Assembly (NCBI GenBank): GCA_963785235.1
Contig: CAWAUM010000003.1
Location: 320,001-384,000, forward strand
Reading direction: 5' to 3'
Length of the DNA: 64,000 nucleotides
Origin: an uncultured delta proteobacterium
Lineage (GTDB): Bacteria > Desulfobacterota > Desulfomonilia > UBA1062
Part shown: piece by piece, positions 30,428-41,978 of the stretch
Layout of the letters: each line of letters opens with the position of its first letter
How positions within the stretch are numbered: position 1 is the stretch's first letter
Translations under genes and position numbers: made by a program
The notes under the pieces: generated by a model
Seen by the model: the letters and a program-made list of their open reading frames with translations, nothing else
Database searches by the model: none
What the model was told of the DNA's origin: nothing

Positions 30428-31753
30428 ATGAAAATCTGCATGATTGGCAGCGGTTATGTCGGTTTAGTTACCGGTGCATGCCTGGCCGAGATGGGTAATG
30501 ACATTATCTGCGTAGATGAGAACCCTGAGAAGATCTCCGCGCTGCTGCGCGGTGAGATCCCCATCTATGAGCCGGGGCTTAAGGAGATCGTTGCCCGTAA
30601 TGCAGAAGAAGGCCGGATAAAATTCACCACGGATATGAGAGAAGGCGTCAGCCAGAGCCTGCTCTGCTTAATCTGTGTCGGCACGCCCCAGGACAAAGAC
30701 GGATCGGCCGACCTCACCTATGTCCTTACCGTCGCTTCTCAGTTGGGCGATATCATCGATGAATACAAGATCATCGTGGACAAATCCACCGTACCCGTCG
30801 GGACTGCGGAAAAGGTCCGCACCACCATCCGGAAAAAACTCGATGGCCGAGGACTGAAAAACATAGAATTCGACGTGGTATCCAACCCTGAATTTCTCAA
30901 AGAAGGCAATGCCATTGCGGATTTCATGAGGCCTGACCGGGTAATCATCGGTACCGATAATGTACGAACGGCCGAGATCCTCAAGGAATTGTACAATCCT
31001 TTTACCCGGACCACAAACAACCCTATCCTGATAATGGACATAAGGAGCGCTGAACTCACCAAATATGCATCAAACTGCTTCCTGGCAACCAAGGTTACCT
31101 TCATCAACGAACTTGCCATTCTCTGCGACAGACTCGGTGCGAACATAGACCTTGTGCGGGAAGGCATGGGAACAGACGAGCGTATCGGCCCCAGGTTTCT
31201 GCTTGCCGGGCCCGGTTTCGGCGGTTCCTGCTTTCCCAAAGACGTCCAGGCCCTTATCGCAACAGCCAGAAGCAACGACCATACCCTGGAGATCTGCGAG
31301 GCAACGTGGCGGGCAAATAAGCGTCAGAAGCACTATGTCGTGGAAAAAATTCTGAACCATTTCAAAGATGATGATTTAAGCAGCCTTACAATTGCAATAT
31401 GGGGGCTCACCTTCAAGCCCAAGACCGATGACGTGAGGGAGTCTCCGGCCATCGACATCATCAACGACCTCATGAGCCATGGAGTAAAGATCAGGGCATA
31501 TGACCCCAAGGGTATGGACAATGCCCGCGAGATGTTCCAGGACCGTATCCGGTATACCGACGATGCCTATGAGGCGCTCGAAGGCGCCGATTGCCTCGCC
31601 ATTATCACAGAGTGGAACATGTTCAAGAGCCCGGATATAAAACGCATCAAATCACTCCTGAAAAGGCCGGTGGTTGTTGACAGCCGCAACATCCTTAATG
31701 CCTCCGAGATGCGCTCGAACGGATTCACCTATTACAGCATCGGCAGGCCATGA
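30428..31753 (+). CDS. ugd: UDP-glucose 6-dehydrogenase
   Basis: GSGYVG, KSTVPVGT, NPEFLKEG, GFGGSCFPKD, FKPKTDDVRESP. Confidence 0.95.
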   Translation: MKICMIGSGYVGLVTGACLAEMGNDIICVDENPEKISALLRGEIPIYEPGLKEIVARNAEEGRIKFTTDMREGVSQSLLCLICVGTPQDKDGSADLTYVLTVASQLGDIIDEYKIIVDKSTVPVGTAEKVRTTIRKKLDGRGLKNIEFDVVSNPEFLKEGNAIADFMRPDRVIIGTDNVRTAEILKELYNPFTRTTNNPILIMDIRSAELTKYASNCFLATKVTFINELAILCDRLGANIDLVREGMGTDERIGPRFLLAGPGFGGSCFPKDVQALIATARSNDHTLEICEATWRANKRQKHYVVEKILNHFKDDDLSSLTIAIWGLTFKPKTDDVRESPAIDIINDLMSHGVKIRAYDPKGMDNAREMFQDRIRYTDDAYEALEGADCLAIITEWNMFKSPDIKRIKSLLKRPVVVDSRNILNASEMRSNGFTYYSIGRP

Positions 31754-31771
31754 GGGTTCATGTGTTTGATG

Positions 31772-32977
31772 TCAGGCCGGGAGGATTATCATACCACCCA
31801 GGCGCTGCTTCAGGAGTTCAGGTAGCGCACTGTTGACCGGCTCGAGGCTAATCCCGGGCACGCCCCCAAAGACCTCACAGGCACGGGTTATGACCCGGTC
31901 ATCCCAGATGGTTTTGAGTTCATTCTTGGTAAGAGTTTCAGAGGCAATTGCAGGCCCCCATCCGCCCAGCCAGCTTGTAACAAAGTGATTGGCAAACCGG
32001 GGGGCAACCGTGCTGGTATCAAGGAAATCATCCTTTTGTGATTCCGGTATGGAGCGCCTGTTCTCCAGGAGCCAGGCCAGGGAAACCATATCGTGGGCCA
32101 CCACCGAGGCCGAGGCGATGATCAGGCCTTTATCGGGCTCATAGACATAACCCTTATCCGGGCCGAAGGTGGTGAGTATCTTATCTGCTGCAGAGATCAC
32201 AAGCCGCTGCTTCTTTCGCAAGGTTTCAACCGTATTGCCTTCGGCGGTCTTCTCCTGCAAGGAGGCGGCATCCCGGTGATATTCCAGACGCGTGTCATGC
32301 CGCCAATATCCCACCGCAGCCTTCAAACCCAGCGTGCTCCCTGCAAGTATATGGCGGCTGCAACGTGGCATGAGGACTATATGCTGCGCCTCCTTGAGGA
32401 TATTCGGCATCATGAGGGGACGCTTCCAATTGGAACCTGATGCCGGAATGTCTTCATAGAAGGCATTCCATCCGGCTTCTTCAAAACAATGGAGCTCAGC
32501 GCCCACGGCTTGCACAGCCTCGGCCATACCGGAAGACTCCATCAGTTTGCGTGAGCTGCCGGAAAGCCCTGTTGAAGAGAACCTCACATACTCAACGCCC
32601 GACATGTCACCCACGATCACCCGGCCTGCCCCCTTTTCCTTGAGGAGCTCGACCATGGCGGCTACGGCAAAAGGACTGGTGGTGGCGGGATAGGGGTTGC
32701 CTGAATTGACAGCCGGTTTTATAAACACAGTGTCGCCTTTGCACAGCCAGGAGAAGTCAGTGGCTGCCAGGGCCGATTCGCGAACCGCCGACTTTATCGC
32801 CCTTTCAGAGGCGCCTTTGTTAACCCCTGCCAGAAAGACCTTTGCGGGACTGCCTGGTGTAAGCGGCTTACCCTTGCGAGTAACCTCAGTTGTACCAACA
32901 GCACCTGTTACCGGGCATACTGCCATGACTGATACACCTGCCGCACCTTTCAGGAAGTCTCTGCGTTTCATAGGCAT
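31772..32977 (-). CDS. Tat-exported DUF362-domain protein
   Basis: KRRDFLK twin-arginine signal; VFIKP.VN, H..AG.TLGLK..VG motif. Confidence 0.8.
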   Translation of the reverse strand: MPMKRRDFLKGAAGVSVMAVCPVTGAVGTTEVTRKGKPLTPGSPAKVFLAGVNKGASERAIKSAVRESALAATDFSWLCKGDTVFIKPAVNSGNPYPATTSPFAVAAMVELLKEKGAGRVIVGDMSGVEYVRFSSTGLSGSSRKLMESSGMAEAVQAVGAELHCFEEAGWNAFYEDIPASGSNWKRPLMMPNILKEAQHIVLMPRCSRHILAGSTLGLKAAVGYWRHDTRLEYHRDAASLQEKTAEGNTVETLRKKQRLVISAADKILTTFGPDKGYVYEPDKGLIIASASVVAHDMVSLAWLLENRRSIPESQKDDFLDTSTVAPRFANHFVTSWLGGWGPAIASETLTKNELKTIWDDRVITRACEVFGGVPGISLEPVNSALPELLKQRLGGMIILPA

Positions 32978-33121
32978 CTCCTCTTTCTATTATTTACCCG
33001 AATTCACAGGAGGATGGCCAGAACAAATATCAATTCTTTTCATTGCCAGGGTTAGGCTTGATAATATCTTTTTATTCAGGCAATCTCTTTTTTATGGTCA
33101 GAAAACTTGTGGGTTGGTGAT

Positions 33122-34177
33122 ATGGATCGTTCCGCCCTGAAAAAGATTATTGTGCTGGTCATTGTGCTTCTCATATCCATTGTCTTTATTACCATGATCC
33201 GCGCTTTCATAATGGCCATCCTCCTTGCCGGCATCTTTTCCGCCATGGCCCAGCCCCTGTACAGGCGCATCATGAAATGGTCCCGGGGCCGGAAGAACCT
33301 TGCGGCTTTTGCCACCCTGCTCTGCCTCTTTCTCATCATCCTGCTCCCATTGATCGGGCTGCTGGGCATTGTTGCCTCTCAGGCGATAAAGATCAGCAAT
33401 GAGGTGAAACCCTGGATCGATCAATGGACAAACAGGCCTTTGGCTTTTGATGAATGGTTACGGTCCCTGCCTCTGTATGATTCCCTTGCCGCCTATCAGA
33501 ATGTCATCCTTCAGAAGGGAGGTGAACTGGTTGGCAAGATAAGTTCCATTCTGTTCGAGAACATTTCATCCTTCACCTTCTCGACCATAAACACCATCCT
33601 CCTGTTCTTTGTATCCATGTACACCATGTTCTTCTTCCTGAAAGAAGGAACCCAGATCCTGGAGAAGATCATGTTCTACCTGCCCCTGCCTGATGGCGTT
33701 GAGCGGCGTATACTGGACAGATTTACCTCTGTCACCAGGGCCACCATCAAGGGCACCCTGGTGATAGGCATCATCCAGGGCAGTCTCGCGGGCCTTGCCT
33801 TCTGGGTCGTGGGCATCGAAAGCGCCGTTTTCTGGGGAACCATAATGACTTTCCTGTCCATCATCCCTGCGGTGGGCACGGCACTCATCTGGTTCCCGGC
33901 AGTCATAATCCTTATCATAACCGGACAATATGTGCAGGCAATCGGCCTCATGCTCTTCTGCAGCCTCCTGGTCGGGAGCATTGACAACGTTCTCAGGCCA
34001 TGGCTCGTGGGCAGGGACACAGAGCTTCACGAACTCATGATCTTCTTCAGCACCCTGGGCGGCATCAGCCTGTTCGGCATAATCGGGTTCATCATCGGGC
34101 CCATCATTGCTGCGCTTTTTGTAACTGTCTGGGATATTTATGCCGAGACATTTATGGATTATCTATCTGAGAGATAA
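33122..34177 (+). CDS. AI-2E family transporter
   Basis: IIQG, SIIPAVG, IDNVLRP, GGI..FG..GFIIGP. Confidence 0.92.
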   Translation: MDRSALKKIIVLVIVLLISIVFITMIRAFIMAILLAGIFSAMAQPLYRRIMKWSRGRKNLAAFATLLCLFLIILLPLIGLLGIVASQAIKISNEVKPWIDQWTNRPLAFDEWLRSLPLYDSLAAYQNVILQKGGELVGKISSILFENISSFTFSTINTILLFFVSMYTMFFFLKEGTQILEKIMFYLPLPDGVERRILDRFTSVTRATIKGTLVIGIIQGSLAGLAFWVVGIESAVFWGTIMTFLSIIPAVGTALIWFPAVIILIITGQYVQAIGLMLFCSLLVGSIDNVLRPWLVGRDTELHELMIFFSTLGGISLFGIIGFIIGPIIAALFVTVWDIYAETFMDYLSER

Positions 34178-34214
34178 GGCCAACCTACTTTATTTTTGGC
34201 TTTTGGAGAGGATC

Positions 34215-34691
34215 ATGCTCGACTTGGTAAAAAGGTACTTCACAAAAAATAATGAGAACAGGCCGGCATCAACAAGCCATGAAGACCCCCGGCGCATCAT
34301 GGTTGCCACCTGCGCGCTGCTCCTGGAGATAGCGGCAATAGACGGTGAATTCAGTGCTGACGAGCAGGAAGTCATCCTTTCGATTCTCAAAAAAGATTAC
34401 AAGATGAGCGAGAACGAGGCAGCATCACTCATCGAAACAGCCCAGGCCCAGCGAGAGCACAGCATAGACCTGTGGCGTTTCACAAAACTCATCAACCGGA
34501 ACTACTCCGAAGAGGAGAGAATCCGCGTAATAGAGCTTGTCTGGAAGGTGATCTATGCAGACGGAAGGCTTGATGGCCATGAAGACCACCTGGTGCACGG
34601 CATAGCGAACCTGCTCCGTCTTTCCCATTCCCAGCTCATCGATGCGAAACTGAGGGTAAAAGGAACGATGCAGCAAACTCACCTAAAATGA
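34215..34691 (+). CDS. TerB-family protein
   Basis: LLEIAAIDG.F..DE, W.V.YADG.LD.HE. Confidence 0.88.
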   Translation: MLDLVKRYFTKNNENRPASTSHEDPRRIMVATCALLLEIAAIDGEFSADEQEVILSILKKDYKMSENEAASLIETAQAQREHSIDLWRFTKLINRNYSEEERIRVIELVWKVIYADGRLDGHEDHLVHGIANLLRLSHSQLIDAKLRVKGTMQQTHLK

Positions 34692-34780
34692 ATTCCCCGA
34701 ATTGCCATGAAAAGGATTTTCTGCGAGGTTGAATATATGGATCTGTCAACCTATCTATAGGTATTATAAAGGGTCTGATA

Positions 34781-37700
34781 ATGAAGTTGATTCATAAATT
34801 ACTCCTCATCTTTGTCGTACCCCTCATTATGGTCATTATTTCTATCATCTGCACCAACAGATGGCTGGGCGATTCTGCGCTGAGGCAACAGATTGAAAAA
34901 AGCGCCAACAGCGAACTGAACCTTCATATAGACCGTATCAACTCCTTCTTTCAGGAAAAAGTGAATGAACTTAATCTCATAGCCGCAAGTCCGGTGGTTC
35001 AGGGTGGGAATATCCCGGAAATACTCCGCTATCTTGACAATGTACAGAAAGTGCTCTCACCGCAAATTGAAGGTCTCTATTATAACAATGTGGAAGGCAT
35101 GGTCTATGATGTCAAAGGGAACGCGTTCAGTGTACGGGACAGATATTATTTTCCCCAGATTGCCCGTGGGGAAACCGTTATTACCAAGGCTATCACGAGC
35201 CGGGCTACAGGGCGGCCCATCATATTAATACTGGTTCCGATATTTGATAATCACGGTAACCGTGCCGGGGCCATCGGCGGGACAATCCTGATCACAGATA
35301 TAGTCAAGATGGTCAAGGGCATAAAGATCGGGAAAACCGGTTTTGCCCTGCTGGTGGATGAAGACGACCGCATGGTATCCAGCCTTCTTATGTCAAGGTC
35401 TGACAATGCAGGCCTGAACCTTCAACCTCTGAAGGTATCCGAATCCCGAAGCGGGTTGGGGGTTCTCATTCGGAACATGCATTCTTCAATGCACGGGACA
35501 TCCCGGCTGATCATATGAAAATTCCTTATATCTGGCCTACTTCAAATCGATACCGGCAATGAGATGGTCTCTCGCGCTTGTATATAAAGAGAGCGAGATC
35601 CTTGCTGATGTCAGGTGGATGGGGAACTTGAATATTTTCCTGGCACTGTTTGCAATTGTCTCAATATGTCTGTCCATTTATGGAGTCAGGCGTATCCTGT
35701 TGAACCCTCTACAGAAGTTGGTGAAAGTACAGCGAGAGCTGGCAAAAGGGAATTCAACTCTAAGGGCTACCATAAGATCAAAAGATGAGATCGGCGAGTT
35801 GTCGAGGTCATTTAATGAGATGATCGATCAGCTGCATGAACGAACAGAAGGTCAGGAAAGAGAGATATCCGAGCGCAAGTTGGCAGAGAAAGCGCTCCAG
35901 GAGAGCGAGGCCAAATACCGTTATCTGACAGAGAAGATGAACGATATGATCTGGATGGCGGACCTTGAATTTCTCTGCCACATATATCAGCCCCTCTGTT
36001 GATAAAATCCTGGGGTTTACACCGGATGAATGGATGAGGCGCTCTCCTGTTGAAACAATGACCCCGGAATCCTTTTCTCATTCCCTTGCACTTCTGGATG
36101 CAGAACTCAAACGCGAACTAGTGGAAGGTATCGATCCGGAAAGAACCGCCAAGGTTGAATTGGAATATTATCACAAGAATGGCTCCACTGTGTGGATGGA
36201 GCTTGTCGTGAGCGCTATCCGGGACAATATCGGCAAGATCATCGGGATCCATGGTGTGTCTCGCGACATCACCGAGCGCAGACGGGCGGAGTCTGAACTG
36301 AAAAACAGCGAGAAACAGTATCGTTCAACAATTGATGCCATGGCTGATGCACTTCATGTTGTTGATAAGGATCTGAGGATTTTACTCATAAACAAAACCT
36401 TCATACAATGGGGCATAAGGTTAGGGCTGGAAGAAGAGCCAGAGGGAAGGACGATATTTGAGGTGTATCCATTTCTCTCTGCAGAGGTACGAAAAGAATA
36501 TGAGATGGTATTCAGGACTGGAGAATTTCTCATCACTGAGGAAGAGATCACTGCGGATGGACAACATGTATTCACAGAGACACGTAAAATCCCTATCTTT
36601 GAAGGGGCAAAAGTTACCAGAGTCATTACCATAATCCGCGACATTACCGGGCGTAAGCGTTCGGAAGATGAGAAGAAAAGGCTCGAAGACCAGCTCGGCC
36701 AGGCCCAGAAGATGGAATCCATAGGGACATTGGCCGGTGGTATTGCCCATGACTTCAATAATATCCTCTCTGCCATCATCGGGTATGCCGAGCTGGCGAT
36801 CAATGATGTGTCGGATCCGGCAAAGGCAAAAAGAGAGATCAAGGAGGTGCTCAAGGCAGGCGACCGGGCAAAGGATCTTGTGCGTCAGATCCTCACGTTC
36901 AGCCGCAAGACGGATGCCACTTATTCTCCTACTATACTCAATACGATCATTACAGACTCGATAAAGATGATGAGATCAGTCCTGCCTTCAACCATTGAGA
37001 TCAGACAGAGTCTTATCAATAAGGGCCTGGTAATGGCCGATCCCACACAGATTCACCAGGTCATGATGAACCTTTGTACCAACGCGGCCCATGCAATGGA
37101 TAAATCCGGGGGTGTTTTGGAGATCCGCCTGGAGAAGGTGAATGTAGAGGGAGATGCACTTACACTGAAGCTGAACCGGCCGCCGGGACCCTATTTACGG
37201 CTCCTGGTCAGTGACACCGGCCAAGGCATGACACCCGATGTGATGGCACGGATCTTTGATCCTTACTTCACTACCAAGGAAATTGGCCGGGGAACAGGCC
37301 TGGGCCTTGCGGTGGTTCACGGCATCGTACACGGCCATGGGGGCGCAATCACCTGTAAAAGCTCGCCTGGTATAGGCACAACCTTTGAGATTTTTCTGCC
37401 TGAAATACTCCCCGAGGAAGAAACGGAAAAACACCATGAGGAAAAGCCTGTTCCCAGGGGATCCGAACGTATCCTTTTCGTTGATGATGAGCCTTCTCTC
37501 GTAACCCTTGCCGAGATGATTCTGAGTAAGCTCGGCTATTCTGTTGTCACAAAAACAGACAGTATCGAGGCGCTTGATCTCTTTAAGGGAGACCCTTATT
37601 CGTTTGACCTGGTCATTACCGACATGACCATGCCCGGCATGACAGGTGACAGGCTGGCTCAAAATCTCATGGAAACGCGAAAAGACATCCCGATAATCTT

Positions 37701-37830
37701 GTGCACCGGATACAGCGAGCACATTTCAGAAGAGCGTGCCAAGAAAACCGGTATTCAAGCATTCATCATGAAGCCATTTGAAATGAGGGTATTGGCAGAA
37801 ACCATCCGGAAGGTGCTGGATAGGGGATAA
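34781..37830 (+). CDS. Hybrid sensor kinase (Cache-HAMP-PAS-PAS-HisKA-HATPase-REC) with indels near 35515 and 35968
   Basis: RDRYYF cache motif, DEIGELSRSFN HAMP, GGIAHDFNN, GTGLGL, FVDDE...DMTMP receiver. Confidence 0.88.
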
Positions 37831-37840
37831 GTTTTTTTCA

Positions 37841-38741
37841 TTATTTCCTCTCCTGCTCATGCACCTTCTTGATCTCATCTTTGAAAAATTTAAGAATCGG
37901 AGAGATCTCAGGAGGGTGCCATCTGGTCTCCTTTGGCTCTTCCGGCCAGGTAAACGGCAGGTGGCATATCCCGCCCGGCTTGTCTGGTCCTCTCCAGGCA
38001 GGCAATCGTCTCAAGAAGGACCTGCCGCTGGCCTTTAATATCGTGCACCTGGCCCACCGGCCTTCCGAACGGATATTCAATGGCAGCCACCCTGGGTATG
38101 CCGATCTGGCGGTTGAATTCCGGTATCATGGTGAGACAGATTGTGGAGAAACCCTGTGCCTCAAGATATCGCGCAACCAGCCCCACGGACCGGCAGCACA
38201 AGGGTCAGGCAGGGGTGAGTATGACGGCCTCCACCCCTTCATCATGCATTTTCGCGGCAACCTTCGGCATGGTTCTGTCCAGGAGGAACGAGAAGTCGTG
38301 CTGGTAGCCGTAAAATGAATAGCAGGTGGGCGCAAGCCTGCCGATGACACCTTCTTTCTCGAACTCAGCAAACCTGGTGATCGGCAGGATCACATTGATG
38401 TCTTCCTTCATGAAGCCGGTATTGACATGGAGGTGGTTCGCATCAATCAAGTCTTGGGATGTGTCCCGGGGAATCTCCCTGTGTGTGGGGTCGCCCCAGA
38501 AGGGCTCTTGCTTCTCCCGGGCCATATCGAAGGGCAGGTCTGTCTTCAGGTTGACACCGGCCGACGTCATGAGGGAAAAAATAGTTTGTGAAGCCGGCTT
38601 CTTCAGCGGGGTCCAGGGGATATCTCCTGCATACTCAGCCTCAGGGATCTCTTCTTTCAGCAAGGCGCGCAGGGTCGGCGGCAGGAATCTGAATCCGTCC
38701 ACAACCTTTTCATACGTTTTCACAAACAGCACCTCCTCCAT
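37841..38741 (-). CDS. GrdB/PrdB-like (glycine/proline reductase B family) selenoprotein; Sec codon at 38205-38207, indel near 37990
   Basis: IPWTP, MTSAGV, GDPTHREIP, D.NV..P, then LTPA-TGA-PLCCRSVGLVAR.LEAQGFST and YPFGRPVG in the same frame; probable GTG start at 38723. Confidence 0.85.
38171..38199 (-). promoter_or_regulatory. Bacterial SECIS-like hairpin
   Basis: GTGCT-GCCGGTCC-GTG-GGGCTGGT-TGCGC; GU-starting apical loop 18 nt after the UGA. Confidence 0.7.
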
Positions 38742-39099
38742 GGATTCCAGGCACTAAGCACAGCAGCGATATGAGAATATAAATGCCACTTGCATTATAC
38801 TGAAAACAATCACATTATCATATGCCAATCATGAAGCACTTTCCGAGCATTTTCACCATTTTCTGACCTCAGCCACCATCATAGTCATTGGCTCTATCTT
38901 TATCTATGCCTTTCACAGTATCAGACCCGGACAAGGATTGGTTCGTTACTTTGCCAGTCTGGGTATCCAGCTTGACTATACAGCCATCATTATTGCCCTG
39001 GGCATGATCCCTGTATTCTGGCTTGTTGCCTTTATTGTCAAGGCCCTGACCATTGAGATGGAAATGAAGATAGGACCATCCACTCTTCCACCCCATCAT

Positions 39100-39513
39100 T
39101 CACTTAGCTGATTGCCTTAACTTTTTTACCTCATCATTTAACTCAGTACAATCAAAGTAAACCTCATTGCGCCGGATCAGTCCCTTGTCATTGAATTGAA
39201 CAAAACACACACCTACACATTCAATTGCCTTCGAACCTATGGGAATTTTTGCATGCCACTTATTCAGAAAGCCGTCCTCCATGGGGATTGGCTCTATCTG
39301 CGTCCAGACCCAGTCCGGATTGAAGGCAAGCAGCTTGCGGAAGTACTTCAGCAATGCATCCTTGCCACCCAGACCCTGCGGGACAGTCGGGTCGAGATAC
39401 ACCACATCATCAGAATAATAGCTGACGAGTTTTTCCGGATTGTTTCCTGTCCATGCAGGCAGCCAGCGTGATGCAAATTCCCTGGCCTGTTCTTTTGTCA
39501 TCATCATTGCCAA
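39100..39513 (-). CDS. SnoaL/NTF2-like protein
   Basis: W..AW, YSDDVVYLDP, G..AL..YF, RNEVYFD. Confidence 0.85.
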   Translation of the reverse strand: MAMMMTKEQAREFASRWLPAWTGNNPEKLVSYYSDDVVYLDPTVPQGLGGKDALLKYFRKLLAFNPDWVWTQIEPIPMEDGFLNKWHAKIPIGSKAIECVGVCFVQFNDKGLIRRNEVYFDCTELNDEVKKLRQSAK

Positions 39514-39576
39514 TTACCCTCCTGATCTAAGTCTTGTATTCTCATGAAAGATGTCCACAAAGGGGTATCACCCATT

Positions 39577-40176
39577 TTAGGGCTTTTCCCCATTTAGCTC
39601 TTTGAGAGATGACCTGTACATAAGAAGATAGCGCTCAAGCACATACACACTGTCAGGTGTGCAGGGCTCCTTGCTTATCAATTCTTCCACCTCATGGATT
39701 TCACCGAAGGCCCCACCGGTAAGCTCTTCTCTTTGGAGGATGAACGGCCCGTCAGAAATACAGGAAAAGGCCCTTCCCCAGACCTTCTGCCCGGCATACT
39801 CTCCATAGAAATCAAAGAGGAAGGCAAGCGGCACACCGGTGATGCCAAGCTCCTCTTGAAGCTCACGCCTTGCCGATTCCTCATAATCCTCTCCGGCAAC
39901 CACCACGCCTCCGGCACACAGATCGTGATACCCCGGAAAAATGTCCTTGGTCGTGGTGCGGTCCTGGACAAAGAGCCGGCCATCAGAGCCGAAGACCAGG
40001 ATGTATGTGGCGCGGTGAATAAGACCCTCCCTGCGCATAACCGCCCTTGGTGCGTTGCCTATGACGGCGTTATGTTCATCGACAATCACAACCATCTCAT
40101 GTGGGCTCAAGTCCGGATTGACTATGCGGCCAGAGGAAGAAATCGCATTCCCATCTTCAGGGATATCCTTTGCCAT
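39577..40176 (-). CDS. NUDIX hydrolase (YfcD/IDI-like)
   Basis: HRATYILVF, GGVVVAGEDYEESARRELQEELG. Confidence 0.9.
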   Translation of the reverse strand: MAKDIPEDGNAISSSGRIVNPDLSPHEMVVIVDEHNAVIGNAPRAVMRREGLIHRATYILVFGSDGRLFVQDRTTTKDIFPGYHDLCAGGVVVAGEDYEESARRELQEELGITGVPLAFLFDFYGEYAGQKVWGRAFSCISDGPFILQREELTGGAFGEIHEVEELISKEPCTPDSVYVLERYLLMYRSSLKELNGEKP

Positions 40177-40312
40177 GAATTACACCTCTTCCATTCTTAT
40201 GCGTGTGATTATACACTACGAAAAGAACATCATACAGAAAAGAACAAAAAGTCCATGGCCTTGCCCGGGACTTTTTGTTAAAATGAAATAAAGAGAAAGG
40301 AACAATGAGACT

Positions 40313-41104
40313 ATGCCTCAGGCTCATGTGAATTCTACTGCCATCTATTATCGCCTTGAAGGGAATGAGAAGGGAAAGGCAGTGATGCTTTCTCATTCAT
40401 TGGCAGCGGATATCACCATGTGGGAAGGTCAGATGGCCGCGCTCATTGAGGCAGGATTCATGGTGCTCAGGTATGACAGCCGCGGCCAAGGGAGATCTGC
40501 AATTCCTCCGGGACCATACTCCCTGGAGCTGCTGGCAGAAGACGCCGTGGGGCTTATGGATGCGCTTGGTCTGGAGAAGGTCCATTTCTGCGGACTTTCC
40601 ATGGGCGCCATGGTCGGCCAGATGCTGGGCGCTAAGTACTCTGAGAGGTTGATGTCGCTGACACTCAGCTCAACGGCTGCCATCCTTCCTCCTCGCGAAA
40701 TCTGGGATGAGCGCATGGAGACCGTACGGGGCGGCGGCATGGAATCGGTTGCTGATGCCACCATAAACCGCTGGTTCACAAAGTCCGGACAGGATCGTAT
40801 GCCACACGAGATCGATAAGGTGCGCCGTGTGATCTTGAATACCCCGGTAGAGGGCTATTGCGCCTGTTGCGCTGCCATCCGGGATATGGATCTGCGTGAT
40901 TCACTCACCGCCATTTCGGCACCGGTTCTGGTACTGGTGGGCGAGCAGGATCCCGGCACCCCTGTTTCTGCAGCAGAATTCATCCATGGACGGATATCCT
41001 CATCCGAACTGAAGATCATTCCCCATGCAGCCCATTTTGTCAATGTGGAGCAGGCAGATGCCTTCAATGATGCACTCATTGAATTCATCACCCGGATAGA
41101 TTAA
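40313..41104 (+). CDS. pcaD: 3-oxoadipate enol-lactonase-like alpha/beta hydrolase
   Basis: SHSL...MW..Q, GLSMG nucleophile, D..TP, AAHFVNVE. Confidence 0.78.
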   Translation: MPQAHVNSTAIYYRLEGNEKGKAVMLSHSLAADITMWEGQMAALIEAGFMVLRYDSRGQGRSAIPPGPYSLELLAEDAVGLMDALGLEKVHFCGLSMGAMVGQMLGAKYSERLMSLTLSSTAAILPPREIWDERMETVRGGGMESVADATINRWFTKSGQDRMPHEIDKVRRVILNTPVEGYCACCAAIRDMDLRDSLTAISAPVLVLVGEQDPGTPVSAAEFIHGRISSSELKIIPHAAHFVNVEQADAFNDALIEFITRID

Positions 41105-41151
41105 GAGAGGCAGGGTTCACTCATCAGGTCTATCAATAGTAACTACATCTG

Positions 41152-41952
41152 ATGCTGGATATAAATGAAACAGGAGGTCTCATGGAAGATCGGACAGCCG
41201 GAGAGATAGGGTTCATAACAGGGAAATGGCCTCTTGACTCACACAAGCCCACCCTGGTCTTCATCCACGGCGCCGGGGCTTCACGGCTCCTCTGGGAGTC
41301 ACAGGTTGAAGCCCTTTCTTCATATATAAATACCGTGGCCATAGATCTTCCGGGTCACGGAACAAGCCACGGAAAAGGGAGAGATTCCATCTCGGACTAT
41401 GCCCAGGCAGTTAACGACTTTCTTGTCCTGGTTCAGATACCCAGGCCCATACCGTGCGGGCTCAGCATGGGCGGGGCCATTACCCAGAATCTCCTCATCA
41501 ATACACCCGGTCGTTTCCCTGCAGGGATATTAATAAACACCGGTGCGCGGTTGAAGGTCCTGCCCATGATCTTTGAGACCATTGGGAAGAGCTACGATGA
41601 GTATGTTAAGCTCTCAGCTACCTTTGCCATTTCACCGAAAAACAGCACAGATGAGCTGATCAGGAGAGTCTCGGCATGCCTGCAAAGCACTGCTGAGGTT
41701 GTACTGGGTGATTTCCGGGCATGTGATGCCTTTGATGTCATGGGGCAGCTGGACTTGATTACTGTCCCGGTGCTTGTACTCACAGCAAGCGACGATATCC
41801 TCACCCCACCAAAATACGGCAGCTATCTGGCAGGCAACTTGAATGATGCGCATGCAGTGAACATAGAAGAAGCAGGTCACTTCTCACCCATTGAGAGGCC
41901 GACTGAAATTAATAATGCAATTCATGGCTTTCTCATGCGGCTGGCCCTTTAG
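41152..41952 (+). CDS. Alpha/beta hydrolase
   Basis: FIHGAG, DLPGHG, GLSMGG, AGH. Confidence 0.88.
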   Translation: MLDINETGGLMEDRTAGEIGFITGKWPLDSHKPTLVFIHGAGASRLLWESQVEALSSYINTVAIDLPGHGTSHGKGRDSISDYAQAVNDFLVLVQIPRPIPCGLSMGGAITQNLLINTPGRFPAGILINTGARLKVLPMIFETIGKSYDEYVKLSATFAISPKNSTDELIRRVSACLQSTAEVVLGDFRACDAFDVMGQLDLITVPVLVLTASDDILTPPKYGSYLAGNLNDAHAVNIEEAGHFSPIERPTEINNAIHGFLMRLAL

Positions 41953-41978
41953 AACTATTAGATTAGGTGGAACAAGGC

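Noticed and set aside
35516-35518. TGA in the hybrid kinase as a second Sec codon
   Set aside because: The continuation (YENSLYLAYF...) is in another frame, so this is an indel; no redox motif or SECIS.
38869-39099. 76-aa ORF after the SnoaL gene
   Set aside because: No recognisable motif or RBS; may be a fragment, so not called.
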